NCBI GenBank assembly: GCA_965603825.1
Contig: CBFDEM010000021.1
Span: 558,001-622,000 of the forward strand
Direction: 5' to 3'
From: Blepharisma stoltei ATCC 30299
Lineage: Eukaryota; Protista; Ciliophora
Length of the DNA: 64,000 nucleotides
The notes beneath the pieces were generated by a model. That model made no database searches and was not told where the DNA came from. It saw nothing but the letters and a program-made list of their open reading frames with translations. Each line of letters opens with the position of its first letter. The first letter of the stretch is position 1. Positions 48,898 through 60,477 of this stretch are shown here, piece after piece. The position numbers were made by a program, and so were the translations under genes.

Positions 48898-49107
48898 TTT
48901 TAAGATACATAAAAATAGATTAAAAATATGGAGGTATAATAGATTTAATTTATAACGGTTAAATTTGAATTTCTAAAGATAGTAATAGTTAGCATTAATT
49001 GTGACAATCAGGAAATATTTTTACTTATATCTATCGCATTAAAATTTGATACTTAGATTTTTATTCTTCCTCTTATCATAAATAACCTAATATCGTTAGG
49101 CTTTATA

Positions 49108-50454
49108 ATGGATAACAAAACAGTTAAATCTGAGTCAACTCCTCTTGTCAAGAAAGACCAGTCTGGCTTTGTTCAGCTAATGAAGTCATTTGCCCTTTTA
49201 AAAGACTCTCCGAGAGATTTATTTATAACAATCCCAATTATAATTCTCATGACAAGTACATACCAAACTTTGATGATAGTAAGCACTCTTTATATGATTG
49301 AAATATGAGATTTCAGTGATTTGCTAGCTGGTTTTATATTTGCTAGTTACGGAATAGTAGGAACTTTCTACTGCTTTGTAGTTGGAACAATCCCTGATTG
49401 ACTTGGTGTGAAAACTACATACATTTTGATTTCCTTGATGTGCCTAACTGGATATTTAATGCTAGTCTTTATCCCTCAACCAGTTATTCAAATTATAACC
49501 CTTCTATTTATAATCCTCTCTGCAAATTTAGCATTTCTTGCATGCCATAAATTGGCTATAGCAAAACTAACGACAATCCAAACTCGACCTGCAGGCTTTT
49601 CTCTATACAACGCATTAGTGCATGTTTCAGGGCTTATGTCTGGGATCTACACAGATTTAATCCTAAGTCTCAATGGAGAAAATAGGCTGAGTTTCCAATT
49701 GATTTTTGGAATATGCGCTTTATGCTTTTTATTGGCATTATTTTTAAGCTTGGCGCTATCAAGAACGAACTTGCATGAAGAAGAAATAAACAAAAAAAGC
49801 GAATCGCTAGTATCCATGCTCAAAGAAATTTATGTGCTTAAAAGATTTTGGAGGCTACTAACGTTAATTTTGCTAACTGTTATTATTAGGACTGCTTTTG
49901 TTCACTCAATGGCAACTTTGCCAATATATATGAATAGAGAAATGGGCTCAGATTCTCACTATGGCTACGTGTTTGCGATTGAGTCGATTTTCTTGATCAT
50001 ATTTTCGCTTACGATGACTTTTATAGTTTATTACATGTCTTTGTACTCAACATTAATTGTTGCAGGCACCATAAGCACAGCTGCTCCATTAGTTCTAGTT
50101 TTTGGTGCTAGCTATTGGACTGTTTTTACTTTTGCTATTTTAGCTGGGCTAGGAGAATCAATCTGCACTCCGAGAATGATTGAATATACAAAGCAAGTTG
50201 CGCTGCAGGGAAGAGAAGGAGTTTTCTTGTCACTAAATACAATTTCACTTGTCTTGAGCCTTACAGTTGCTGGATTTTCATCAGGGTGGTTTTTAGGCGA
50301 ATTTTGCCCAGATGATGGGGAAAGAGAATGCTGGGCGATGTGGTATTTGATATCAGGAATTTGTTTAGCTGGAACACTTTTGATGGTCTTTTTAAGAGAA
50401 TATATTGAGCAGCCTAAAGATGAGCTACAGCCGAATTGCTGTAATAGAGATTAA
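49108..50454 (+). CDS. Major facilitator superfamily transporter
   Basis: About 12 hydrophobic segments; motif A-like GTIPD(W)LGVK; TGA 49306 and 49399. Confidence 0.88.
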
Positions 50455-50512
50455 AATAATAATGATTTTTTTGCATGGTTAAATATCCGTTCAAATCTGG
50501 CTAAACATAAAT

Positions 50513-51559
50513 ATGGAAAGAGATACAGAGCACAAAGAAAATGAGGATGCAATGGATATTGACCCTCAGGAGTCTAATGTATCAAGCTCTCTACCATCCA
50601 CTCTGCCTATAGAAAACTCTAATGAATGGTCAACTCCATATGAGAATAAGCAAGGCCAAGAAAATATAGAATCGTCCTCAGAAAATCTTACATGGGAGGA
50701 AGTCCTGAGAAAGAAATTTGGTTACTATTACAATGATGATGGATGCTTAAGATCTGTTGAAGGTGATAATCCATTTAAATTCGTTGATCAAAAGCATTAT
50801 GAAGCCCTTGGAGATGTCATTGAAAAATACATACAAGAAAGACTTGTTTCCTATTATAATTTAGATGAAGTAAAAATCCCACTCCCAGAGCATGATCCAG
50901 GAACCAATAAATGCAATATTTTTGCAACCAAAGACTGGCGATCAAACGAAGATAAAGCTTTAATTTTGATACAAGGAGCTGGAGCTGTTCGGGCAGGGCA
51001 ATGGGCAAGATCAGTCTGCATCAATGATTCTTTAAAAACTGGGACAGTTTTTCCTTTCCTTGAAGAGGCAGCAAAAGACGGATACTCTGTGATTATTTTA
51101 AATCCAAATTATAACTATAATCCAGAAACCAAAGAGAGAATTCCATATAATGGAAGCTTAGAAGAGCATGGAAATTATGTCTGGGAAAATTTCATAAGGC
51201 TAAATCCTGCCAGAGAACTATATATTGTGGCTCATTCTTGCGGAGGAATTTCAACAATGTGCTTGCTGAAAAATTATTGGGAAGAATTCAGAGGAAGGGT
51301 AAAGGCAATTGCATTTACTGATTCAGTTCATGGTGGGATAGGAGCATTGAATGCTGAGCAAAAAGCATTTTTGGGTGAAGTTGGATGTGATTGGGTTGGA
51401 TCCAGCAATCCTAGAGATCATTTGGAAAAAACAGTGAGAAAGAGCTATAATGGAGTTACAAATTTATCATCTGGGCACCATAAGCATGAATATACAACTG
51501 GATCTGCTTTTCCCTCAATATTTCCATTTTTCAGAAATAAAGAGCAATTTATTCGCTAA
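50513..51559 (+). CDS. FAM172A: FAM172/Arb2-domain alpha/beta-hydrolase-fold protein
   Basis: YEALG, LILIQGAGAVRAGQWARS.CIN.SL, YVWENF, IVAHSCGG, IAFTDS. Confidence 0.9.
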   Translation: MERDTEHKENEDAMDIDPQESNVSSSLPSTLPIENSNEWSTPYENKQGQENIESSSENLTWEEVLRKKFGYYYNDDGCLRSVEGDNPFKFVDQKHYEALGDVIEKYIQERLVSYYNLDEVKIPLPEHDPGTNKCNIFATKDWRSNEDKALILIQGAGAVRAGQWARSVCINDSLKTGTVFPFLEEAAKDGYSVIILNPNYNYNPETKERIPYNGSLEEHGNYVWENFIRLNPARELYIVAHSCGGISTMCLLKNYWEEFRGRVKAIAFTDSVHGGIGALNAEQKAFLGEVGCDWVGSSNPRDHLEKTVRKSYNGVTNLSSGHHKHEYTTGSAFPSIFPFFRNKEQFIR

Positions 51560-51646
51560 TATAATTGGGTTTAATTATTTTGGCTAAAAAATAAAAAATT
51601 AAAGCTTTTATAGCAATATTTAACCTTAAATCTGAAAAATGCAAAG

Positions 51647-52349
51647 TTAATTAATTTTTGAAACAATATTTGAAATGCCTAGCAAGATGCCAAACACGTT
51701 TTCAAGTTTATGCAAAACTTCTTTATTTTCTGTATAGACAATGACATATCTATTATTCTGTGTGAATTCATCTAAATTTGTATTAGATGTCGACCTTACA
51801 TGCAATTTTCCTTTATCCAATGACACAAACTTTCCTCTTTTTGGGCTTACTGATCTTCTCTCTTTTTTTGATATTCTCCTCTTTCCAATAGTGAACTTAT
51901 AAAGTCCACATGCATTCGCTTTTTCACTAAATGAGATTTTACATAACAACTTTATTTATGATCTGAATTTCAATATTTATTAAAGGCTCTTCTTTGAGTG
52001 CTTGAGCTGCCTGACTCTTATAAATTGAGACATATTTCAAGCATATTTCGCATCATCGTGGATTTAGAGAGTCAAATAAAATTGCTTCACTAAATAGAGG
52101 AAGCAGTTTTGAAGTGTGAATTAAAATATCATAAGTAGAAATTAAACTTGAAACACATTCTGATGGATTTTGCTTTAGTGAGCCAACTGATCTCATTTTT
52201 AAATAGTTTGATTGGATTGAAAATGACGGAATCTCTTTTGACTCTGATTTTGAGATGTGAGAAGAATTTTGATGGCTTATTTCTGTATATACTGTAGGCA
52301 TCGTGGATTCAGAGGCTGAGGGCTCTTGAGATTTATTAAGATTCCCCAT
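51647..52349 (-). CDS. Hypothetical N-myristoylated, possibly PH-like protein
   Basis: TGA 52053 read through plus 16-nt intron 51927-51942 joins two ORFs. Confidence 0.72.
51927..51942 (-). other. 16-nt spliceosomal intron GTAAAATCTCATTTAG
   Basis: GT..AG, A at -6; supplies the exact frame shift needed. Confidence 0.82.
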
Positions 52350-52743
52350 ATATTTATTTCATTTTGACAGTTAACAAATTATAAAAGAAAGCTTTGATGA
52401 AAATTGTAATTATATTAAATTAAATTTAAGGCGAAGAATAGTATTAAAAGTACAAAAATTATTTTGCATTTATTTTGGTAAAACAGAAAATGAATAAAAA
52501 ATTAAAAAATAAACATATTAATAGTTAGACAAAGAAGATATAATTAATTTTCTTATAAAAGAAGGAGAATTTTTGAATTTTCTGTTAAATTATTTTTATT
52601 ATATATATTTTTGTTTAAACTATTATTTAAGCACATGAATTTATTCATATTACATTTCAGTGTGATGCTATAAATTGCTGCGATCATAATAAATCACTTT
52701 GAAGCGGTTTTACTTAAAAAATGCTTATTTGAAATTAAATAGA

Positions 52744-54612
52744 ATGGAGATGGATCAAACCCGAGTAAACGATAAAGTGCCAGAAATTTATCCAGAATTA
52801 CGAAGAAAAGATAAAAGACCCTTCTTCGGCGAAGTCACTCCTCAAGGTGAATTAATTTTGAGAGAATCAGGACTAATCTCAATTCCTTATCACATTCTTG
52901 GTGAAATATGAGAAGATGTAATGCACTTTGACGCAAGAGACAACGCTATCTCATCTTTAGAATACTTCCCTGTAAATAAGCTCAAAAACATTTTGACACT
53001 TGACCTAAGAAACAACAAAATTGAAATTTTGCCTGACTCTTTATGCTCTCTGTCAACATTATCCTGCCTTCACATAGATAAAAATTTACTTCCTGTACTT
53101 CCACAAGACATCGGAAAACTTATGAACCTCGAAACTCTAACAGTTGGCTGCAATCTTTTACCATTCGTTCCGAATTCTATCACAAGCCTCAGTAACTTAA
53201 AAACACTGATTTTAAGCGAAAACAAGCTTAAATATTTACCCCCAGATATTGGAGAACTGAATAGTTTACGGGTTTTATACCTCCATAAAAACTGGTTTTC
53301 AGAAATCCCACTATCTTTTCAATTGCTTGAAAACTTGAAAGAATTAAGCCTTGAATGGTTTCGGTACGCATCTCCTCCACTTCCAAGAATTTTAAAAGCG
53401 CATATAGGCGAAGCTATGATTGGGAGCTTGCGTACTTTATGCTCGAAATTATATACAAATAAAGAACGTGAATGTAATGTAATCACATTCCTGCATCATT
53501 TCAGCGAAGAGGAATTTGATATTAATCAAGTCGATGCTAAAAAGCGAAGCATCCTTCATATTGCAGCTGCTGAAGGCGATTGTGGAGTGATTAAAGGCTT
53601 AACTGAATCAGGAGTTGAAATTGATGTGCAAGATAAGGATGGATCGTCTCCGATTCTATTAGCAATCAAAGAAGACCATATAGAGTCTGTCAAAATTTTA
53701 CTCAATTCTGGAGCAGATGTTAACGAAGGAGGAGGGCCGTTAGGTAGTCCTTTGCATTTGGCTGCTTTTAAAGTAGATTCTTGGCTAGTCAGAGAACTTT
53801 TGAAACGGAAAGCTGACCCTAATTCTAAAGACTGTGAAGGAAACACTCCAATGCACATCATTCTAGGGGTTTTTAACAAAAACAAATATAAAAGCCAACT
53901 TATTGGAGATATGCTAATTGAGGCTGGAGCCCATCTTAACTCTTTAAACAATGAAAAATGGGCACCTATTCATCTGGCAGCTCGACGTGGCCAATCTGAT
54001 TCAATAAAATGAGTAATCCACCAAAACCAAATTTTAGCCAAAGCTGGCAGAGAAACTTTTGATATAAACTTGCAAGGCGGCTCGCACTATTGAACTCCAA
54101 TGCACTTGGCAGGACATGCAGGGCATTTTGAAATTGTTCAACTCTTAGTTGAAGCAGGAGCTCAGCTGTTCATTAGAAATTCAGATGGAAGAACTCCAAG
54201 GCAATCTTCAAAAGGAGACCTAGCACTGTTCAAATATCTAATAAGAGCTGAAAAAGCAGTTTTGAATAGACAGGTGCTACAAAGTTGGCAGTCTTTTGAT
54301 ATAAAGGAAGAACCGAAAAAGAAATGCGACAACCCTGTAAGCGAAGCTTTGAATCCTAATAATCAAATGTGGAAAAGGTATAATGCAATTTATGAGTTGA
54401 TGGAAAATAAAATGGTTGATGAATTATCAGAAATTGCTGAAAAAATCGACTGCACCGTTATCAAAGCTGAGGTTGTTTATTTATTAAGCCAGATTGGGAA
54501 TTCAAAGGTGACAAATTCGATATCTGTGCTTGCAGAAAGAGAAGGAGAGAGGCTAGCCTTTATAGAGTCAAATTATGCACTAGACACATTTAGATATGGG
54601 GGAGTGTTTTAG
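52744..54612 (+). CDS. Leucine-rich repeat + ankyrin repeat protein
   Basis: LxxLxLxxNxL repeats then LHIAA/PLHLAA/TPMHLA ankyrin repeats; TGA 52909, 54010, 54091. Confidence 0.9.
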
Positions 54613-54736
54613 AATTAAATTAATCTTGTTTTTAGTATGAAAATTTAAATGCATATAATAAAGAAATTTAATAATGATTATTAAATTTTATTCAGTCGAG
54701 AAATAAAATGAAGCACTTTCAAGTAATATATTAATT

Positions 54737-55606
54737 ATGCAAGAAAGCAATGACTCTTTAGTGCCTCTTCCAGTTGTTTGACAAAAACCGGGCAGAGAAA
54801 TATACGTAACAGGAGATTTCAATGATTTTTCACTTTTGCCCCTAAACGGGGAAACTGAAAAGTTTGCGATAATTTGGGTAAAACCTGGGAAAGTTCTTTA
54901 TCGATTTCGAGTTGATGGGATTTATATGATTGATCCAAATAAACCAATTAAACTGCTTGATGGTGCTGAGTTCAATCTTATAGAAGTTTCAAAACTTCCT
55001 CATGCAATTAGTGATATTCAAACATTATCATTAAGAGAGCTAAAAGACTTAGATATGAATCTTTGCCAAGGATCAAAAAGAGACCAACCGAATGCTGAAA
55101 TTAAGAACAGATTCGCCAGTAGCTTATTTCCGCCGAAAGGAAGTCCTTTGCCTTCAAAGAACAAATTTGGAAATAAATCTCTGAATAAAATTATAAAAAT
55201 TCAAGCATTCATTAGAGGAAAATTACAACATATGAAATTCAAAAAAATATTGGAAAAGACAAAAATTATTAAGAATTTTAAAGATTCTTCTACAAATACA
55301 GAACAAAATATTGTTATAGACCTTGAAAAAGAAAAATTAAAACTGCAAATTGAAAAATTAAAAAAAGAGAACGAGATGCTGTTAAAAGTTGCTCAAAAAT
55401 GAAAATATAAATATGAATCAGTAAAAGAAAGGCAAGAAAAGCCCATTGATAATATTAAGGTTAGAAGCCCCAAAAAAAATTTAACAATGCCATCAATTCC
55501 TTGGGTAAAAAGCACAACTCCAGATTCAAAATCTCAAAATCCTATAAATATCAGAGAATTTCCGAAAACTCAGAGCATTTCTTCAAAAAGAATAATTAAA
55601 TGATAA
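54737..55606 (+). CDS. AMPK-beta-type glycogen-binding (CBM48) + IQ motif + coiled-coil protein
   Basis: V(W)QKPGREIYVTGDFN, YRFRVDG..DP; IIKIQAFIRG; TGA 54779, 55400, 55601; TAA 55604-55606. Confidence 0.82.
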
Positions 55607-55633
55607 AATAGATTTTATTGATTAAGTTATAAA

Positions 55634-56377
55634 ATGAGCAATGAGGAGAACACAAATGAAGGCGATTTAGACTATGGGCGATCAAGAGAAGTGAGCATGT
55701 GGTCGAATTCTGATAGTTGTGTCGCAAGTAGATCAACCTCTACTGTCGATAGATCCTCATTTAATATTTATCCCAAAGTTAAACAAGACGTTGACCGTAC
55801 TGCTTATAAACAACAAAAATATTGCATTGTGTGTGAAACTCAAGTCGGAAAGCATGGAATCACAAAGGCAAAGAAGCTTTGTTGCAAATTCTGCTTTAAT
55901 GCTGTATGTGCAAATTGTTCTCCACTTACCTTAATGCATCCTGAAACTCATATTTTAGAAAGAGTCTGCATGACTTGTTTTTACGCTTCCATTGAAGATA
56001 AAATGAAAATAGCCGGAGAAAGCGATATTAAACAAAAAATTGAACAAGAAATTCAAGAAAAAAACATGATAATAGCGAGAAAAAAGCTCTGTGAAAATAA
56101 AATCTCAGATCTCGAAGACCTATTAAATGAGAAGTCAAAGCAAGAAAATGACTTAATTCGAGAAATCCAAAATTGCAAAAAGAAAATGACTTCAAAGATA
56201 GATGATGAAGAAAAGCTAAAAAAATTAAGTGAAACTGTTAAAGATGTAAGGGAAATTAATATCCTTGAAGAAATCCAGACGCTAGAAAGAGAAAATAGCG
56301 ACTTAAAAGAAAAAATTGAGAGAGCTGCAGCGTTTCAAGCTTCCCAAAGAAGTGGGGCCTGCTGTCTTATTCAATAA
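55634..56377 (+). CDS. FYVE-type zinc finger + coiled coil with C-terminal CaaX-like motif
   Basis: CIVC..CKFC..VCANCS..RVCMTC; ends CCLIQ. Confidence 0.85.
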   Translation: MSNEENTNEGDLDYGRSREVSMWSNSDSCVASRSTSTVDRSSFNIYPKVKQDVDRTAYKQQKYCIVCETQVGKHGITKAKKLCCKFCFNAVCANCSPLTLMHPETHILERVCMTCFYASIEDKMKIAGESDIKQKIEQEIQEKNMIIARKKLCENKISDLEDLLNEKSKQENDLIREIQNCKKKMTSKIDDEEKLKKLSETVKDVREINILEEIQTLERENSDLKEKIERAAAFQASQRSGACCLIQ

Positions 56378-56395
56378 TTAATTACTAAACATAAA

Positions 56396-57376
56396 ATGGA
56401 TGACTTTCAGTGTCCTCTCTGTTTGAAACTTCTTCTGAAGCCCGCAAGCATAACTTGCGGTCACACATTTTGCAAATCCTGCCTTATCCGATCTCTTACA
56501 GTTCAAAAGAAATGCCCAGTTTGTCGAGTAAATTATCCATTCCCAGCTCATGATCTGCCTGTAAACTTCTTAATCCAAAATCTAATCCAAAAACAATTCC
56601 CAGACGAACTGAAAGAAAGAAAGGCCGAAGAAGTCCAAGATGAAATTCCGCAGGCAATTGAATCTTTGCCAGTTCTTTTGATCAAAAACGTGACTTATTT
56701 TCCAAGTTCTATGGGAATTTTAGATATCTTTGAAAATCGATATATGACTATGCTTCAGAATGCAACGATGGGGAATCGAACTTTTGGCTTGCTATCAAAT
56801 TTCAAAGGTTCTTGGCTTGGAGCCCTGCTAGAAGTTGTTTCTGTTGAAAATGCTAGGCCAGGTGTTGCCCGTGTTCATGTATTATCAAAGAATAGGTTTA
56901 CAACAGATTATATATTTCCTCAGCAAGACACATCAAGGCGAATTAAAGTTGAAGAAATAGGGAAAAATGAATTTAAAAGTGACTTGCTCTACTGCTGCAG
57001 GCCAAAATTCATTGTAGATGAGTATGATGAGGTAGAAACAATAAGTCAAAATGAAGTTATTGCATTTACTGATGCTTGTGTAAATCTTCTTTCAATTGAC
57101 GAGCAAAGAGTTCTCCGAGAAACTTTTCACTCAAATAATGATAAAAGCTTTTATGTGCTTTCTTTATTAAGGCTCCCTCACAAAGACACAGTCCGGGCAT
57201 TTTTATCAATATCACAAAATGAGAGGTTTGAAATTTGCAAAAAACATATCGCAGATAAAAGAATTAGTAGGGCTCATTTAAAACTCCAAGACCACGGACC
57301 ATTTTCAGGGAACTTTGGGTTTTTACTCATAATCGTTGTGGTTTTGATCATTATTTTCTATGAGAGAATTAAGTAA
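56396..57376 (+). CDS. RING finger + LON substrate-binding domain protein (LONRF-like) with C-terminal TM
   Basis: CPLC..P....CGHTFC..CL..CPVCR; YFP....L.IFE.RY..M. Confidence 0.88.
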   Translation: MDDFQCPLCLKLLLKPASITCGHTFCKSCLIRSLTVQKKCPVCRVNYPFPAHDLPVNFLIQNLIQKQFPDELKERKAEEVQDEIPQAIESLPVLLIKNVTYFPSSMGILDIFENRYMTMLQNATMGNRTFGLLSNFKGSWLGALLEVVSVENARPGVARVHVLSKNRFTTDYIFPQQDTSRRIKVEEIGKNEFKSDLLYCCRPKFIVDEYDEVETISQNEVIAFTDACVNLLSIDEQRVLRETFHSNNDKSFYVLSLLRLPHKDTVRAFLSISQNERFEICKKHIADKRISRAHLKLQDHGPFSGNFGFLLIIVVVLIIIFYERIK

Positions 57377-57413
57377 AATAAATGGAAATATTAAATATAT
57401 CGATAATTAATAT

Positions 57414-58775
57414 CTATCTCAAGAACCCAGGCTTTTTCACATTACTGATGCGTGTTGAGTTTGGAGTAGTATGACGGACTGGACTTTTATCAAATATACT
57501 TAACCCTGCTTTCACCTTTTTAGTGTCTGGACTAGTAGAATTTGCTCTATTTTGTGCAGAAACTTTTTCTTTTGGAACAAAAGGACTTGTCACTGGAGAG
57601 TTTTGATTGGATTTTTTAGCGTTGACTAATCTTTCGGCTTGGCCTTTGTCTCCATGCATCATAATAAATTTATCTTCAGGCGACATAGGCGTTTTTTGTT
57701 CCTCATTATTACTGTCCCTTACGTTGAGTTTCTATATAAAATTTACTGAAATTCCTGTTGCTAATTCGTTTTCATTCCTGAGCTCGTCACCCCAAGAAAA
57801 TACTCTATCCTGCATGTCACACAAAAATTGCTGCTGAGGGCCCAGCACACTTCCAGGCCTGCAAAGTCTTATATACCCAATAAAATCTTCAGCCCTGAAC
57901 CTAAAATGTTTCATTGCATAAATTCCTATTAAAGTTCCAGTTCTTCCTAGTCCAGCTTTGCAATGCACAGCTAGCCCGCCAGGCTCTCTTTCAGCAATCC
58001 TCAAAAATTCAGTCAAAATTTCATTAGAGGGAACCGACCCATCAAGGAAATACAAATCATAGTGCCTAATTCCATTCCTTGTGAACCTCTCTGCCTCATA
58101 GGTTTTATTGTTCAATCTTACAACTGCCGTTATGCCAATTTGTTTAAATAAAGGGACATAATCTTCAGGAGTCCATACTCTGAATCCTTGCTGGTCTATT
58201 TGTGTAGGACTTGGACATGCAAACGCAAGCATCTTACCTGGAATGATCCAATTCCAGTCCCCATTTTCTACCTTTTCATAGAACTCGTAGTCCTTTACAT
58301 TAAAAGTTGCCATATCAAACCACCCTAGCTTTATGGCTTTTTCTAAGCCTCGCAAACAATTCAAAATGCTACATCTATAAGGACAATTTGTGCCACCAGC
58401 ATCCCTAAAACCTTCAAAAGGAGGGAGAGACGCAAATGGCTGCCACGCTTCATCTGCTGTTTTATTTAAAACTAGAATTTGAAAAGCGCCCATTAGATAT
58501 GCTGCATTTGCTCGCTTATTTGGGAGAAGTGACGTAAAATGATATATTTTGTAGGCACTATATGAGGGATTTCTCGTAAGCCTTTCGAGCTCTGTGCAAA
58601 ATTTGTAAGTCATTCCAATGTTTAAAGGGCCAAAGTCGAGGTAAAATGGCTGGTAAACCAATTCATTGTCGATACAAAAATAGTATGAGTTGGGTTGATT
58701 TCTGGGCGGGGCTCGATCGCTGATTCAGTATAACTTATTTGGAATTATCTCAATTGCGTTGTTTGGCCCACTCAT
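57414..58775 (-). CDS. CDC14: Dual-specificity phosphatase CDC14
   Basis: DFGPLN, RANAA.L.G, ENGDWNWI, HCKAGLGRTG, RPGSVLGPQQ; TGA 58725; intron 57732-57746. Confidence 0.95.
57732..57746 (-). other. 15-nt spliceosomal intron GTAAATTTTATATAG
   Basis: GT..AG, A at -6, removes TAG. Confidence 0.85.
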
Positions 58776-59904
58776 GATTTTATTTGTATTATTGATGGCT
58801 TTTTAGACTAAATATTAATTCTTCTTACCCGGAAATAGCAAAAGAATCTAACTAAATAAAATTGGCTTAAAATTATTAGAGAAGTCCATTATGAAACTAT
58901 TTAGATTGAAATTTAAGCGGATATCACAAGTTTAAGAGCCAAAATTTAATTTAGCTCTAAATAAGATTCTTAAATTTCATAGCGAAAGATCTTAAACGAA
59001 AGGAGGAGTGGCCATTTTCAACTTAATTTCGAGACTTGAATTATTAAAACCGAAATGGCTATATAAGAGTGGTAAAAAAGAGAATATTCTTGACCCTCAT
59101 GGAGATGCACAAATAGCGAGAGTGTTTTTCAGAGGCATATCGTTATCCCAATACATAGAAGCATTTTACAACAAAAATACTCTGATTCAGTACAATTCTG
59201 GGATATATCTTAGTTAAGGGATCCTACGAATTTCCCAGAAAAAAATATTTATCAAAAAAGCTAATTCAGTTTCAAAGCTTTCATTTATCAAAATTAATTT
59301 TAGATCATAATATATGTGAGAAAAAAAAATAGATTAGATTCATTCTTTCTTATTTGCCAAAATTCGAAAAATAAGAAATTAGAACAAACTTGGAAGAAAA
59401 TAAGAAAGAGGGAATGTGTTTCAGCCTTCATAAAATATTAAAATAAAAATTGCTTATGTGGAATATATGGCACTTACGATTGGTGAGAAAAAAATCTTGC
59501 TCAATATCCTGGGAGGAAATCAGCTGCTGAAAGTGTTGTGGGAATTCGCCTAACTGATTGTAGAGTAAAATATAAATTTGGTAATATTATTTAGACTTCA
59601 TATCATTAAAATGATCTAATTGCTTTTAAAGCAGCAGCATTAAAAAATTCTTTATATATTGCTTGCACCATAAAGATTGAAATTCTTCAGGATTTTAATA
59701 GCAGCATTATAATTCATAATTGTAAAATCAAAAAGAAATATAAAAGATTAATTTCTCAGCTTGAAAATATTTATTATTCGTAAAAGGAAGGCATAATTCA
59801 TCTATACTTATATTAAACTCATAGTAAAGTTTATCCAAATATAATTATAAATCTCACTATTGAATGAACTATTTATGTGATTTAAGCTTTTAAGTTGAAA
59901 TATT

Positions 59905-60180
59905 TTACGCTCTAGTTCTCGGCTTCTTTTTGGCTTTTCCTCTCTCTTCAAATCTGGTAAGAATTCTGGACATACTCAAAGAAAACTGCTTAACCTTATT
60001 AAACTCTGCTTCTACATCTTGCAATTGGTATATGTACGTCTTCGAGCTATTTGTGACTTTAACTTTTAGTACTCCTTTGGATGGGCTCAATTTAATTGAC
60101 CATCGTGCACTTCCTCCATCGGTACTAGCTAATTCCCAAGCTTTTACACAAAAGTCATCCCAATCTCTGAATTTCACCAT
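59905..60180 (-). CDS. SRP9: Signal recognition particle subunit SRP9
   Basis: WDDF...A..L....R..IK....G.L.VKVT pattern, 91 aa, basic tail. Confidence 0.78.
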   Translation of the reverse strand: MVKFRDWDDFCVKAWELASTDGGSARWSIKLSPSKGVLKVKVTNSSKTYIYQLQDVEAEFNKVKQFSLSMSRILTRFEERGKAKKKPRTRA

Positions 60181-60477
60181 TTTCCTTTATTAAAAGCTTC
60201 ACATTAAATTTTATTTCACTTTATCTTTGATGTAATCATTAAGCAATTTCATATTTTGCCTTAATATTTTATTCTTAAAACAACTATTTTTATTGAAATA
60301 AATATCTCAACGTGGCAATTTTTTTTTGAATTCACCATTTATAGTGTACCCTATTGCCAAAATTATCTTCTAAATATTCATAAATAATAAAGCATTAGCG
60401 AGTTTTTAAAATTTAATGGATCCGATTGCATCGGATAAGAGCAATAGGGATACTTAGATAACAATTATACAATAATA

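Noticed and set aside
52017-52031. Possible 15-nt intron GTCTCAATTTATAAG (minus strand)
   Set aside because: No A at -6, not needed for the frame, and it would delete PH-like residues
59008-59217. YIEAFYN resembling an IS3 transposase C-terminal motif
   Set aside because: Seven residues only; no DDE core or terminal repeats
60420-60436. Inverted repeat ATCCGAT-tgc-ATCGGAT between SRP9 and the kinase
   Set aside because: A single 7-bp stem is expected by chance in 64 kb; not seen at other promoters
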